Notes: generated by a model from the letters alone, not told the origin. Positions 1-16,855 are shown, counted from the stretch's first letter. The stretch is 64,000 bases of DNA from the human T2T-CHM13v2.0 reference genome, Homo sapiens (GCF_009914755.1 NC_060929.1); one strand, 5' to 3'. Translations and numbers: made by a program.

Positions 1-19
1 TGAGAAGCTTTTCTTTTAA

Positions 20-300
20 TTTAACAAAATAATTCTAGAGTTCACCAAGAAAAATTAAAAAGTGAGAGTTGTCAAGAAAATTTTATAAAGACAATATAAT
101 GAAGGACAGGCCGATAACCATTTCTACCAGATATTTAAATATACTCGAAAAAGACAATGATTAATAGTCAGATGCCAGCATGAGAACAGATAAGTCAGTG
201 GGCTAAAACAGGGGGCCCCAAGACAGAGCACAGTACTCATAAGAACTTAAAACCTAAAATAGTGCCATAAGTCAGTGAAAAGAGAAATATTATTCAATAA
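20..300 (+). mobile_element. Old L1M ORF2 fragment (highly decayed)
   Basis: A-rich sequence resembling the L1 ORF2 3' half (…attctagagttcacc…ctaccagatatttaaat…); bounds approximate. Confidence 0.45.
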
Positions 301-645
301 TTAGTCTGAGTTCTCTTGTTAGTATGTGGAATGAAGTATCATTTTATGTGTTTTTTTTTTTTTCTTGAAGTATCCATTTTAGATCAGAGGTTAACATTTA
401 GCTCATGGACCATCATGCTTTATTTGGCTTCATGGCATCTGTAAAATTGAGGTGAAAAGATTTGTTTTTCCTTTAACTTTCTTCTTGAAATGATATTGAT
501 AGTGGGGGAAAAGTCTTTATAATGACATACTAAGTTTTTAAGATATTTTAATATTCAGTTGTCACCACTGTCATGTTATGACATCTTAAAGTGTTTCCCA
601 TTGATGATAAAAAAGAAATTCCTATCATTATGATCAGGAGATTGC

Positions 646-940
<295 letters not shown>

Positions 941-2734
941 TGCTTATGTTTTACATTGTTTAATTAAATATAAAATAATTAAAAAGAAACTTGCAAGGTT
1001 TTAATCCTTTGGTTTTCCTTTTTGTCAATCAACCTTATGAAATGTCTTCAAACAACCTATAGGCTGATTATTGAGCTGAAAAGCAGAAAAACTACACAGA
1101 ATTGGAAATTGCTTAGAGAAGTCATGTCCCCTAGAAATGGCAAACATAGTCTGTGGCTTGGAACAAAGAAAAACTGAAGCAGTCGAAGGAGCTGCTATTG
1201 TAAATAATGTCACCCACTCCAGAACTACTATTTCTTCTAACATTTTAATATTTTGAAGCAGTCCTAAGAGAAATTTGTAACTATACAGCTAATAAAACTT
1301 CTGATGCTCTCAGCACAGACAACTGTTTTTCATCCGTTACTGGCATTCCTATTTCACGAGCCTCTTCAAATTTTCAAAAACTACCATCATCTCGAAAGTG
1401 GTATTTCCATTTCTGGAAAAAAGTTTCAGACCTCTGGGCACAGATCGGGTGTCTCTGACATTTGGCTGTCCATTTGTTTTTGCTGCTTTGGAAAAGACAC
1501 AACAGACGTCAATGTGACTGGGCGATTTCTGTATCAGCAGGCAGGGGTGCCAAATGTTCTGCCACCGATTCCGAACTTGCCTAATGCTGTGAGAAGCACC
1601 AACTTCATTAGGCTCGAGGCTGAATTATTATTTCAGGAATTTTTCTCAAGCAATGGGAACAGAATGAGAGCGGTTTTTTGCTTTCTAAATAGAAATTTGC
1701 TGAATTTCCAGAAAACAAGTCTTGAAATGTATGATCAAACTTTGGGCAGAAATTTTACTTTTAAATAAAAAAAAAAAGAAAGCCCATTATCTCATGATTT
1801 AGCCTACTTGGACAATAATTTTGGCCATATCTTTTGGTTAAAGCCCCGCAGTCACCACTATGTACGGTACTGAAGAACGTGCCCCTGTTCCATAAGAGAT
1901 TGGCCGCTAGGAGAACGTGCTAACACCGAAGAAAGATCTGCAATTTGGAGCTAAGAGTGATTAGACTTTTCCCAATTTCTCTGCAGTCAGAAGCAAACAT
2001 GAGCCAAATTCTTAAAGGTTACTTCTGATCAACATAATCTTAAGGTTGAAATGTGCATTTGTAATCCAAAATTTAGCTATATGGACAAACATCAATGATG
2101 TGAACTTTGCCAAAGATAATAACCTCAGTAAATTTGGGACTCAAAATGAATTCAACTATTTTTCGATTCAATCCCACCCTCACCTGGCAAAGTGTCCTAT
2201 AAAGCTTTGATTCCACATGCTATTATGTCCTTATGCAAGCCAGGGTTTACAACATTTTTGCCACCAAAACAAAACAAAAGAAAAATCAAAAATGATTGGA
2301 TATCAAGCATGCCACAAATGTTGCCATCTCAAAGTCACTCAAAGCTTTCTCCTACTCCAAGCCAAACCGCTACAGCCTTTATATTGAAAGTTGATGATAA
2401 ACTGAATTAAAGTTCAAGATTTGCTTTGCTTGGAAATCTTTGTTTTATTTTTACCATGAAGTGGGCATTAAGTTTTGCATTAAAATAAGCAAAAGGGGCA
2501 TAGGCTTGTAAAGAATGTTTTAGAAAAGAATGTGTAATCAATTTCTAATATCACAAAATAGGTAATATCTAGATTTTTGTGCCTATGTTTAGGTACTTTT
2601 TTCCTGTAAGTTCATAGTTTTCATCGGTCTTAAAGAGGCCTACAATCTTAAAAAACTGCAAAAAACATTACTCCTCTGATTTAAACACTGACCTCACATA
2701 ACACGCACACCATCTTGCAACAATTTAAGAATTA

Positions 2735-4913
<2,179 letters not shown>

Positions 4914-5801
4914 TAGTACTCACACTTGGGGAAATTAAATTTAAATTTAACATATCAAGTTTAGATCATGGATAGAGGCAGAAATGTTTCAAAGAAAAAG
5001 AAAAAAAAGTCATCGCATATGAATGAGCACATAATGAGCACAAAGCTTCAAAATTTCTGGTGAGAGAAAAGGTTTTACTGCTTTGCTTCTCAGCTTAGCT
5101 GTTCAGTGGCATTACTTTTTCTGTGACTTGGATGCTGTAGAGTGTTCTTGAAATGACAAATCATAAACTGATCACTGTCTCCAAACTGACAAATCAACTT
5201 TTCAGGCAAGAATAAGAGGGAACAATTTGAGGCTAGTGAGGATTTTAAAATAATATGAAAATAATATGACTCATAAGAACCAAAATAATGTTTAGAAATG
5301 GTGAAGAAATGGCTACCCAATACTACAAATGTTGCTGCTTGAAAAGTGATCTTTAAAATTTAATAAATTCTCGAAGGAAAACATGGAACTTTGAGTTGCA
5401 AAATAATTGAAAGAAGGTTATAAAGCTAATTAAATCAGATTTTCCCTTGGGTTTGTAAGAGATGAGGACCTTCCCTAGTCTCACCCTTGTGGGTGAGGCC
5501 CATTAGAGAGGAACCCATAGACTCCACGTTGTGAGAGGTTGAGCGGCCTGGCTGAACACTTCTTCTATCCATTCCTGAACTCACAGGACTTTAAACTTTA
5601 ATGTTTAAACTTGAATAGCTATCAAACTTCCTTTGTAAAAACTAATCTTAGGCTGCTGAACCCTACTATTTTTTAACATTAATTATTAATTACAGAAAAA
5701 TTAATAATATAAAAAGATAAGAAATAATCTATATATTTTGCAACTGGAAATTGGTCAAAGTATGGTATTTCCAGAGTGTTGAATACTATGATTATGTTCA
5801 G

Positions 5802-6000
5802 CAGGGACTATAAACTTAAATGCCTACAGAGACTAAGTAGGTAACCTAAATGAGTGCAGTGGATCTGTATTGGAACTTGGGAACAATAGAGATTGAAGAT
5901 TTGAAGGGTGGATACTTCATCTACAGAAGGCAGCAGCTATTTGATTCTAGTCAGTTGTTGGCCTTCTGGAAATGTGGGTGCAGTGCTGTCAGACCTTCCT
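5802..6000 (+). mobile_element. hAT DNA transposon relic (MER102-like)
   Basis: caggg…aaacttaaatgcctacagag…ggtaacctaaatgagtg resembles the MER102 5' end. Confidence 0.5.
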
Positions 6001-6004
6001 ATTT

Positions 6005-6260
6005 TTAAAACACTTTTATTTGGAAATAATTTCAAATTTACAAAAAGTTGCAAAAATAAGACATAACAAAAGAATACTTATGCACCTTACCTATATTCTT
6101 TTATTTAATTTTGCAGTCCATTTGAATTCTCTCTGTGCACATGTACATACATACACACACACACACACACACAATTTTTTTCTGAACCATTTGAGGGTAT
6201 GTTAAATATATCATGGCTTTTTGCTCCTAAATACTCCATTGTGTATTTCCTATAACTAGA
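6005..6260 (-). mobile_element. L1MC-like 3' end with (CA)n at 6146-6173
   Basis: ttttatttggaaataatttcaaatttacaaaaagttgcaa is a typical reverse L1MC terminus. Confidence 0.6.
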
Positions 6261-6769
6261 GACCTGAAACCTACTATTCTTGAGCTGGGATACCTGGAGT
6301 GGGATGAAGAGATGGCCTGAGGAAGTCCTCTCCCCCTGGCCACTAAGGGACAGTCAATCAGCTGCTAACCCCAAACAGAGCTGTAACACCAAACAGAGGT
6401 TGAAAACCATTGCACTAGGTCATTCCACCCGTAAAAATAATATCTCCAATATATGCATATTTATTTATAAATTAGATTTATGTACAAGTCTACTAATATA
6501 TTATGTGTCTTAAAAAACATATACTTTAAAAAGGATGAGATGAAATTAGATATTAATACAAATACAAGATTGAAATTTTCTTCCTGTACTCCAAGGGAAC
6601 ATCTTGCAACCTCTAAGGCATGTGCCTCCCAACCTTGGGGGCTATTGCTCTACACTGTGGGGGTTAAACAGGAAAAAGACCATCACGATTTCCAAATCTG
6701 AGTCTGGGTCCTGTTCCCTGATGTATCTTCTTCACATCAGCCAGCTCTATCTATCACAACATACTTTTT

Positions 6770-6975
6770 TGCCTTCCTGGCACTTATCACAACTGGCAGT
6801 CATCTTGCTCATCTGTGTGTTCATTTGTCCAACATCTTTCTCCCCCAACTAGAATACAGCTTCCTGAGAGGCAGGATCTTGACTGACTTGTTCATTCCTA
6901 ATTTCTCAGCATCTAGAAGAAGGTATGGCACATAGTAGGTGCTTGTTAGATACTTGCTAATAAATGGAAATAAAC
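6770..6975 (+). mobile_element. L2 3' end
   Basis: actagaatacagcttcctgagaggcagg…ggcacatagtaggtgc…taaatg. Confidence 0.75.
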
Positions 6976-7367
6976 ATATCCCTAGTTCCTATTCCAGCTT
7001 TTTCCCTGCTGTTTTGTCCTCCATTCTTCCAGCAGACAACAGGACTAGTTCCCTGACCCCCTGCAGGAAGCTAACAATACCCTAGCCTACTTCTAAGCAA
7101 AACGTCGCAGCTTCAAAGACCTTCCATGGAGGGCAATGGGCTGAGGACAATCTTGTTCTTCACGTAAAACACAGGCCCACAATCTCAAATTTATAATTTA
7201 AAAATATATATACTTACAATGTCTCTAAAGGCACTTATTTTTCTTAAAAATCATGTATTTGTAAGCTGAACTATCATTTTAACACAAAAGCTATCATTCT
7301 TGCTCAATGGAGTCAGGCTGCTCTTGGAGTTTCTGTCCTGGGAGGAAAAAGGGCAGGGTGTAGGTAC

Positions 7368-7611
7368 CTGATGGTTTTCCACACGTCGAAGCCATCCAGA
7401 GGCTTTGTGCCATTGGTGTGTCCCCTGGCCAGCTTCATGAGTGTTGGCAGCCAGTCAGAGATGTGGATGAGCTCCCGGTTCTTCACGCCCTTCTGCTTCA
7501 GCAAGGGGCTTGCCACAAAGCCCACCCCTCGGACGCCTCCTTCCCACAGGCTCCATTTTCTTCCTCGAAGGGGCCAGTTATTACCCCCTGCCAAAGTCTG
7601 CCCTCCGTTAT
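7368..7611 (-). CDS. ARSB: Arylsulfatase B (N-acetylgalactosamine-4-sulfatase) internal coding exon, 244 bp (exon 5, c.899-1142, about residues D300-S381)
   Basis: Minus-strand translation (D)[80 protein letters not shown](S) matches human ARSB as I know it. It includes the sulfatase DNGG motif (metal ligands D300/N301), K318 and the N366 NGT sequon. Acceptor tgtgtttcAG abuts 7611 and donor CAG|GTACCT abuts 7368. Confidence 0.97.
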
Positions 7612-8779
7612 CTGAAACACAGTAAGGTCTTGGCATGAGGATGATGTTAACTCTTAAATACATTTAAGAACAGAGACTGTATGTACATTGTTACTAAATG
7701 GTGCTTAAATAATAAAAAAAAAGAAAATTCCTTGCCTTTTCCCACCCTAAATTCCCTTTTCCCATTGACATAGCCTTTCATTATTCAGACATAAGTAAGG
7801 CCCAGTGTGATACATATCTACCTTTAAATCCTCCATGGAGAGAGCCACTGGAAAACAAGGCAGTCCCTCGATGATATGCGCTTTGGAGATCCCTAAGCTA
7901 AACAATCCACTAAACTTTAAATACACCTGTGTAACTTTGTATAGCATGGGAGAATGAGTCCATGGAAGCTGGGACCCTCTCCATGCATGAAGAGAAAACT
8001 AAGGGAATTTCACTTAGTGACTTAATGCTCCTTATAGGTGGAGACAAAAACTGACCTTTTTCTTTTCCTCTTGGAAAAAAAATTCTACAATTTAAACTGG
8101 AAAATGAATTAACACTCTACACTCTGGCAATAATATCTCTTTCTTAAGTGTGAAAGCTGAGTATTTCTCCAGTGGTTGATAAATGTCTCTGTAAACAGAA
8201 CATTAGATGGAAAAATATAATTGTGAAAAAAATTTTTCCCCTCTTGACAGGATGGTGAAATAAAGTTTCATTATGCACAATACCAGGGAAGAGAAGGTTT
8301 CTCTTCCAAGACAACAGAAGGAATGGGAGATCTTGGCAAAGACAGGGTAGAAGCTACTAGAGTAACTGAAGTTAAGTATCTTCCCAGCCAAATGAGGGCT
8401 CAGAGTTAAGACATTAAAGTGGGCAGTAGAAAAGAAAAAGTGCCATTTCTTACATACTGGGGTTATAGAATCATACAAACTCCCAAAGTATCCACAGATT
8501 TAGGTGACTTTAGAGACACATTTTAAATAACACATATTTTGCATTAAACTTTAAAAAAAAAACCCACTATTACCCAAATGAGCCACATGAGGGCAGTATG
8601 ACAGACCACCTGCTGTATAGAATGTTACATATAAAAATTTATTAAGAAATCAGAGATCTATCAAAGCTACAAGATGCATCTGGGAGGAAAGAGAATGAAC
8701 ACTTGTTAAGCACTGACTGCACTAGGAGTGACTCTGATTTTGCATTATCTCTCACAGAATCTGGGGTTGGCAGACCTGG

Positions 8780-9400
8780 AATAGAAGCCTGAGGCCAGAC
8801 ACTCACTAGCTGTGTGGCCAGGGGTGATATACCACCTCAGTTTCCTCGTCTTCATGTGGAAATAACAATCACTAATTGATTTAGTCCATTTTGTGTTGCT
8901 ATAACAGAATACTGAGACTAGGTAATTTATAAAGAAAACAGGTTTATTTGGCTCACAATTCTGATGACTGATAAGTCCAAGCGCTAGGCACTGGCATCAG
9001 TTGCTGGTGAGGGCTTTTGTGCTGCATCATAACATGGCAGAGAAGTGGAAGGAGAGGCAGGTGCAGGTAAAGAGGGACCAAAGAGGAGGAAGAGCCTCAC
9101 TTTATAACAACCCACTCTCATGGCGACTAATCCATTCCCTTGAGATTGAGAACTCGATCCTGGGAGACAGCATTGATCTATTCATGAGGAACCCGCCCCC
9201 ATGACCCAAACACTTCCTACTGGGCCCCACCTCCCAAGATGCAGTGGCAATTAGACTTCCACATGAGCTTTGGTGGGAACAAACCACATCCAAACCATAG
9301 CACTACTTCATGTATTATGATGGAAATGAAGTGACATTGCTTATGATCTTTTCTTGGCAGGGTACCTGACACAACCTAAGTGCTCAATACATGGTAGTAA
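8780..9400 (+). mobile_element. MIR interrupted by the MST LTR
   Basis: MIR core (actagctgtgtg…cctcagtttcctc) before 8877; MIR 3' part (cctgacaca…aagtgctcaata) after 9302. Confidence 0.65.
8877..9302 (-). mobile_element. MaLR solo LTR (MSTB/C/D-like)
   Basis: ttagtccattttgtgttgctataacagaata…caaaccatagca; 5-bp TSD ctaat/ctact. Confidence 0.85.
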
Positions 9401-11998
9401 CTGCTGTTGTTCTTAAAATTTACAACAACCCAAATAGTTTAGTATTATAACCATTTTGTCACGTTTTTTAAAAGGAAGTTTGAAAAAGCCAAACAGTGAA
9501 TAGATGGCAATGCTAGGATTCCAACAAGGTCTGTGTGACACCCCAGGCCTCTGCCCCTAGAGCACCACACTCCTGCTATCCCTAGTATAGAGTGGGCTCA
9601 CACATGTAGGCCACATAAACTTTCACTTCCTGATGAAAACCACAAGTACGGTCAACCTCAGCAAAGTGTACACTCTTCCTATGAGTGTACATAGGAAGTT
9701 ATTTCAAGGTAATGGTAATTCCTTTTAGAGAAGGCTTAGCTGCTGTTGGGGAAGAAATTCAAGGCTCTACTGCCAAGGAAACTTTTGGTGGCGCCCTTAA
9801 CACACCAGTTCTCAGTTCTTTTCTGTGCTTCTCGAAAGGGAGTAGAGAAGAGTCTTGAGTTAGATCAGGTGAGGAAACAATTCTTCAACACATGGGTCGG
9901 TGACAGACAATCTCATCATTTGACATCACAGACTTACAAGAATCTTTCTTCAAACCTCCCCACATCACTTCTTGACAAAAACTCAAGGCCCAAACATTCA
10001 CTCAGGCCAGTTGTTGAAATACACATTCCATTTCATATTGAAGCTGAGCAGACCCGTATATTCAAAACAACAAAAGGTCACCATCAGTAGAAAGAAGAAA
10101 TTCCTCCATGTTCATGATACTGCACAGAGTAGCAATCACTCATAACCAATGTATCGAAACTTAGAAGAAGGTGCTATTCATGTGATACAAAAATACACTG
10201 GAAAGAAATACCTACACTCTTCCCGTGATATCAAGAAAGGCTGAGACAGAACGATTATTTCACTCTGTTGTCTGGATTGCTGTAAGTGATGCTGGCTCAA
10301 TACTTTAGAAGAAGCCTGTTGTCTCTGTTTTAAATAGATACACTTCTCTGAGGTATTATGTAGTGTCCTTCAGTTGCACATATTTGTTAGTGCTCAACGG
10401 AAAGTATTGGATGAAGATGGTGGTGGAAATAAGAGTGGAGATGATGGGGACAAGGGTGGCTGGATCTGGAATCTGATTCTAGGAGCAGCTCTTCAGTTAT
10501 GACTCAGATAGGAAAATTCTCCGGGTTGTACAGAGAATTTGGCCACTTTTGCTACTGTAGGAAAGGGAAGGTGTTTCCACATATCATTAGGGGAGGCCAC
10601 GGATGTAGTAAGTGTGACTGTTTTTGCAATTAGTTCTCTGTGATGTTTTGCCATTAGCAATAAGCGATTCTATCAACAGTTATTCTTTTTAAGAGCACTC
10701 CAAAGAGAAAGCACTGTCAATGGACACATGTGCAACTTCTCCAAGGCTCTCCTGGCATAGCGCCAACTGCAGATGTGGCCTCAGCAGAAGGGCAGTTCAG
10801 CTTCGCCTGTCCTTGTACCCCCACAGATGGCACCTGGCCGATGGTTGCCACTTATCAGCAATGGGGCAGAATCCACTGAGTTAGGCCATTAGTTGGTTAA
10901 CTATATGAGAAATAGGGTGCGGTCCATAAGTTCTAGTTCAGTCTCCTGGGTATTTCAAAGAATTCAACATAAAACTGGTAGGAGTAGCAACAAGAATAAA
11001 ATAAGCTCTTTTGCAACAAGGTGGAAAAGGGAGTTTCCTATATTGCTCACTGAAGTTTGACATAAATTAGAATTTAAAAAGACAATGGAACCATCAGCAT
11101 TTCAAAGACGTTTCTTCTCATTTTCCCTTCTAGTTTTATTTTTCGGCAAAAGTTAATTTCTTTCTTGTTAAGAATTCATATTCAAGAGAAATTTTTGTTT
11201 CATTTCCTGACTGACATATGAAAAAAATTCCAAATCAAAATAAGATGACGCCAGCTCCTAAAAGAAGCAAAGAAACGTTTTTTCAGGGAGATGGTTTTGC
11301 AGCAATGTTTTGGCACAGGGAAAATCTAATTATAAGGCCTTTACTGTCTAGAAAAGAAATGTCAAAGTAAGACAAACATTATCATATACAGACCGTAAAT
11401 CTCACTTTATTATTCACTATTGAACAAAAATAACTGTCAAAAAGTCATGGAAAAATATTGGTTTGCCAAAGATCTAAGCAAAAACATTAAGTATATGACA
11501 ATGAAGCCTCATCCATATCCAGCTGATAAAAATCAAAATGAAACCATGACAACAGCATTAATTTTTAGAACTACTCCCCAAACAATTTAATGTGTGGCTT
11601 GGCCGTGGAGGGCTGCCCTGAAACATCATCTCTACCCCAACATCCCTGTGCATGCTTCAGCTGGGGCTTACCCTAGTCATCCTTCCCAACCTGACTCAAA
11701 GATCACAAAAGGAAAAGCAAGGAAGGCTCTAGCAGCCTCATACCAAGCCTGGACATCTCTTTGAACACGGCCCTGATGCAAGGGTGACTAACAGATGAGT
11801 AGGCAACATCGTTTCAAAAATGGAGAAGCCTCTTTGTCCCAGAAAAGTATCTGCTTGTTGATGGTTGATTCTTTGGATTTTTTTTTAAATTACTGAGAGG
11901 CAAACTGGAGTGCTAATATATGTCTTAGTACACATCTAAAGGATTCGGTAAATTCAATCTTCTCCTGCTAAAAGATTTTGGAGACATTATCTACCTAG

Positions 11999-12920
<922 letters not shown>

Positions 12921-13224
12921 GGAAAAGGCCACTCACCGAAAATAGAGGTTAAAGGCACTAAACATTAACTTAGGTCACTGCATTGTTTTTTCTAAGCCTT
13001 TGTCCAGCTACTCTGTGACCTTGACTTTTCATTGGCTATTCTACATACTGCTGCTTAAACTATAGGAGCTGGCAAGGGGTGCTCTTGGACCCCAGTGAGA
13101 ATTTAAGTAAATCAAACCCTCAAATATCAGAATTGTTTGTCTAATCTGGTCCCTGGTCAGTTATGTTGGAGTCTAAGAGGGTTGATTGGGAGCATTTCAA
13201 GAAGCATCAGTCTTGGCCTGGAAG

Positions 13225-13450
13225 AAAGAACTCACTTATTCCTTTAACACATCTTTCTTGAGTGCTGCCATGTTCCAGGGACCACTCCAGATCTGGAAAA
13301 AGGGCAGCAAACAGGATGGACAAGGTCCTGTCCCTCACGGAGTGAGTGAGAAAAAGAGATAAGATCTCTCCATTCATGGGAGGCAATGACTGGGCTTTGT
13401 GGAGGAGCTGAAACCATAAGGACAGGACAGAGCCAGCCAAGTGACCACCA
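13225..13450 (-). mobile_element. L2 3' fragment
   Basis: ttgagtgctgccatgttccagg…gacaaggtcctgtccctcacggag. Confidence 0.55.
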
Positions 13451-13724
13451 GAGAGATGAGAGCCCAGGCACAGGGAGCAGGAGGCCTTATGCAATCGCAC
13501 ATTAGAGACTAGGGTGTCTGTGTCAAGGCTGCTTCTTAATTAAAGACTAGTTATACTATTAGGTATACTCTGCTGCCAGAAGTTAAGGAAAACTTGAGCT
13601 AAATGATGACTAGGTATAAACAAAAAGGTATAGGTCTAGGTGTTTTATGACCATCATCACTTTCCCCTATCACCCCTACTGCCCCATGTCTAATTTCACT
13701 GAAATGCAGGGAACTGAGAGGAGC

Positions 13725-13860
13725 TAAGCACTGTGGGTTTGGGCAAGTACTCAATCTCGGAGCCTAAGTTTCCTTATTTGAGAAATGAGGATAACAAAAT
13801 ACCCACCTTAATATTGTGCCTGGCATAGAAGCAGTGCTAAATAATATTAGCTATTTTTAT
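13725..13860 (+). mobile_element. MIR
   Basis: ttgggcaagtactcaatctcggagcctaagtttcctt…aaatgaggataa. Confidence 0.65.
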
Positions 13861-14032
13861 GTATGCTAGTCATCAGCACCAGCAAAGTACACAGAACAGA
13901 ATAGGCTCCTATCTGGATATTTACTAAACATATATTAGATTTAAGTATCATAGCCACACTCCAAAACATCACGTTTTCATAAGACCAAAGTATTCTAAGC
14001 ATAGAGTCCTCCTAGATTGCATTCTCTATTCT

Positions 14033-14338
<306 letters not shown>

Positions 14339-14739
14339 TGCATTCTCTATTCTATAGGTAATTTCTTGAGAAGTGCAACAACACAGTGAATTGTGAGGGG
14401 TGTTGTTACTATCAGGGGAGAGCCAGGATAACTCCTTTCTGTTCCCATGAGTTTAAATAAAGGACATCAATTATCATAGAAAAAAACACTATAACAATAG
14501 CCTGGGATTCAAATTAAACACCAGAAACTGAAGATTTGTTCAAATACACATTTGATTATTCGTAGGGGTTTAAAATGGTTTGCAGCATTCAGGGCAGATA
14601 AGTGCTCTGACCACCAGCTCAGACACTAACCAGACTTTACATCTTGACTAAGAGCACCAGCAAGGAGAATGTCCAGCTGGGCTAGCAAGAGGAGGGTTCT
14701 GGTGGAGTGCGACTGGCAGCCAGGCACCAAATAACCGAT

Positions 14740-15110
14740 TGATACGGTTTGGCTGTGTCCCTACCCAAATCTCATCTTGAATTGTAGCTCCCATAATTCC
14801 CATGTGTTGTAGGGGAGACCCAGTGGGAGATAATTGAATCACAGGGGCAGATTCCCCCATACTGTTCTCGTGGTAGTGAACAAGCTTCACGAGATCTGAT
14901 GATTTTAAAAGGGGTTTCCCCTTTCACCTGGCTCTCATTTTGCTTTTGCCTGCTGCCATGTAAGATGTGCCTTTGTTCTTCCCTCACCTTCCACCGTGAT
15001 TGTGAGGTCTCCCAAGCCACATGGAACTGTGAGTCCATTAAACCTTTTTCTTTATAAATTACCCAGTCTTGGGTATGTCTTTATCAGCAGTGTGAAAATG
15101 GACTAATACA
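14740..15110 (+). mobile_element. THE1 solo LTR (THE1C-like)
   Basis: tgatacggtttggctgtgtcc…gactaataca; 5-bp TSD ccgat/cggat. Confidence 0.9.
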
Positions 15111-16810
15111 CGGATGTAGCCACCAAAAGATGTGGAGATTTAAAAAAGATGCATGCAGGGAAAGGGCAAAATCAGGGATGAATGAGGATTAAAAAGAAAA
15201 ATGTTATAAAAGTTTGTAGTAAAATATTTCCTCACTTTAATGAGGCTAATGCCATTGCTTATAATGCTGAGATATCAATGGGGTTTTATCTCTCCTTTAA
15301 CATTTATTAAGGATGAAAAGACTCCAAAGTCTGTTGAAGGATTGAAAACGTTTATTCTCTACAAGTTAAAATGGAACTGGAAACTGGAAAACAGTGTCCT
15401 AATTTATTACATATTGGCAAGCAACAACTTAACTTTTTCCTGTAATTTAAAACATAAGTATTCACAGATCTTGGAGATCTTTAGATGAAAGTTGTAAGGT
15501 AAGCACAAAATGTTGAGGTGCTCTCACTTAGGAGGTATGGGTAATGCAAGGTTTGATCTTCATATTCAGAATCCCCCTGACAAGTAGCACAGAAGACCCA
15601 TGTTTGATGTATTAAGCGAGTAAAAGTACCAAATATTTGGTCTGTCCTTTTTAACAACTAAAACCCTGCTTGTTTTTCCTATTGTTTAATTTTTAGGAAT
15701 GTTTGATATTTTTTACTAATGGATTTCCAGGCAAACTAATTTTTTTGGCACTCTTAGGGAGTGTTACAGTTTACTCACACATTATTTGGCTCCCCTTTCA
15801 GACCTAAAACCCACTGAACGTGGCCAGATAATTTTGACTAGACAGCTGTTTATCCTTCAGTAATGCCACTAGAGAAGTAATGAATGAGAAAAGTACCACA
15901 CAAGTGCTGGAGAGTCTGGCAAGTTCAAGGGCAGCAGGAGAAAAGTGAAAATACCATCAACACACAGGAACAAACAGAATTGTGGTTTCAAAAGAACAGG
16001 TGTACTAACAACTTGCGTGGTGAGAAAGATGGAAATTTATGTCAATGTGTTTTCAGAGATGGTTAAGCCAGAGAAAGCTAGCACATTCTATCTGGGCAGA
16101 CATCAACTATTTCAATTTGTCTTTATGATTCCAAGTATATAATACAAGTTAAATGTTCTCAATTTTTATCCTTGGAGCAGAAACAACATTTTACTGAATC
16201 TCTACTTCTTAAGTAGTAAGATATGCCTTTAAGGTTACTCAGAAAAATCAATGAAACTGAGTGGACAGGCAGTTTCATTTCCTCAGAGTTCTCTGAAGTT
16301 TTGCCAGATTCTAAAGGATCTCACTGATGTTTGGGTGTTTAATGCAGAGAGAGGCAAACAAAAGTCACGAGAACACTGATGAGCACAATCCTCCCTGAAG
16401 AATAACCGGAGAGTAAAACATTTAATGGCAGAAACAAAAATAACTCAATATATCCAAACATGAAGCAGTTTGTTTAAAGCATTTCAAATATTGAATGCAT
16501 ACTTAATCAATAATAACAAGAACCTCTTCGGATCTGCAGATAACACTTGCTCCAAGGCCAAAGTGAAATAAACTCTGTGAGCCCCCAGAGTCCTGGGCAG
16601 CAGCCCCACCTCTGACCAGGGCATGCACAGTGGGAGTGAGGGCAGAATCCAGGTGATTGACACTGGACATCCCAAGCAGGTGAGGAGGCCACTCAGGAGG
16701 AAAGAACATGGAAGGCAGCCTGGAGCTCCATGCCTAATGAGAGGCAAATGGCTAACAGGAGGCCTTGCAGCAGGAGACAAAGGGATGAACAGCCAAGGGC
16801 CAGGATAAAA

Positions 16811-16855
16811 AACCAAACCAACCAACCAAACAAACAAACAAACAAATCAAAACAA
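16811..16855. repeat. (CCAA)n/(CAAA)n microsatellite
   Basis: Direct reading. Confidence 0.85.

Noticed and set aside
1304-1768. 154-aa plus-strand ORF in unique sequence
   Set aside because: No recognisable domain, promoter or splice context. It is antisense within an intron and its length is compatible with chance in 64 kb; Ribo-seq or PhyloCSF support would be needed.
6410-6650. Possible Charlie-type DNA transposon fragments (also ~18550-18800 and ~19000-19150)
   Set aside because: Resemblance too weak to name a family or fix boundaries by eye.
7313-7663. 116-aa ORF as a standalone sulfatase gene
   Set aside because: Only 7368-7611 is ARSB coding; the N- and C-terminal extensions are intron sequence beyond canonical AG/GT sites.
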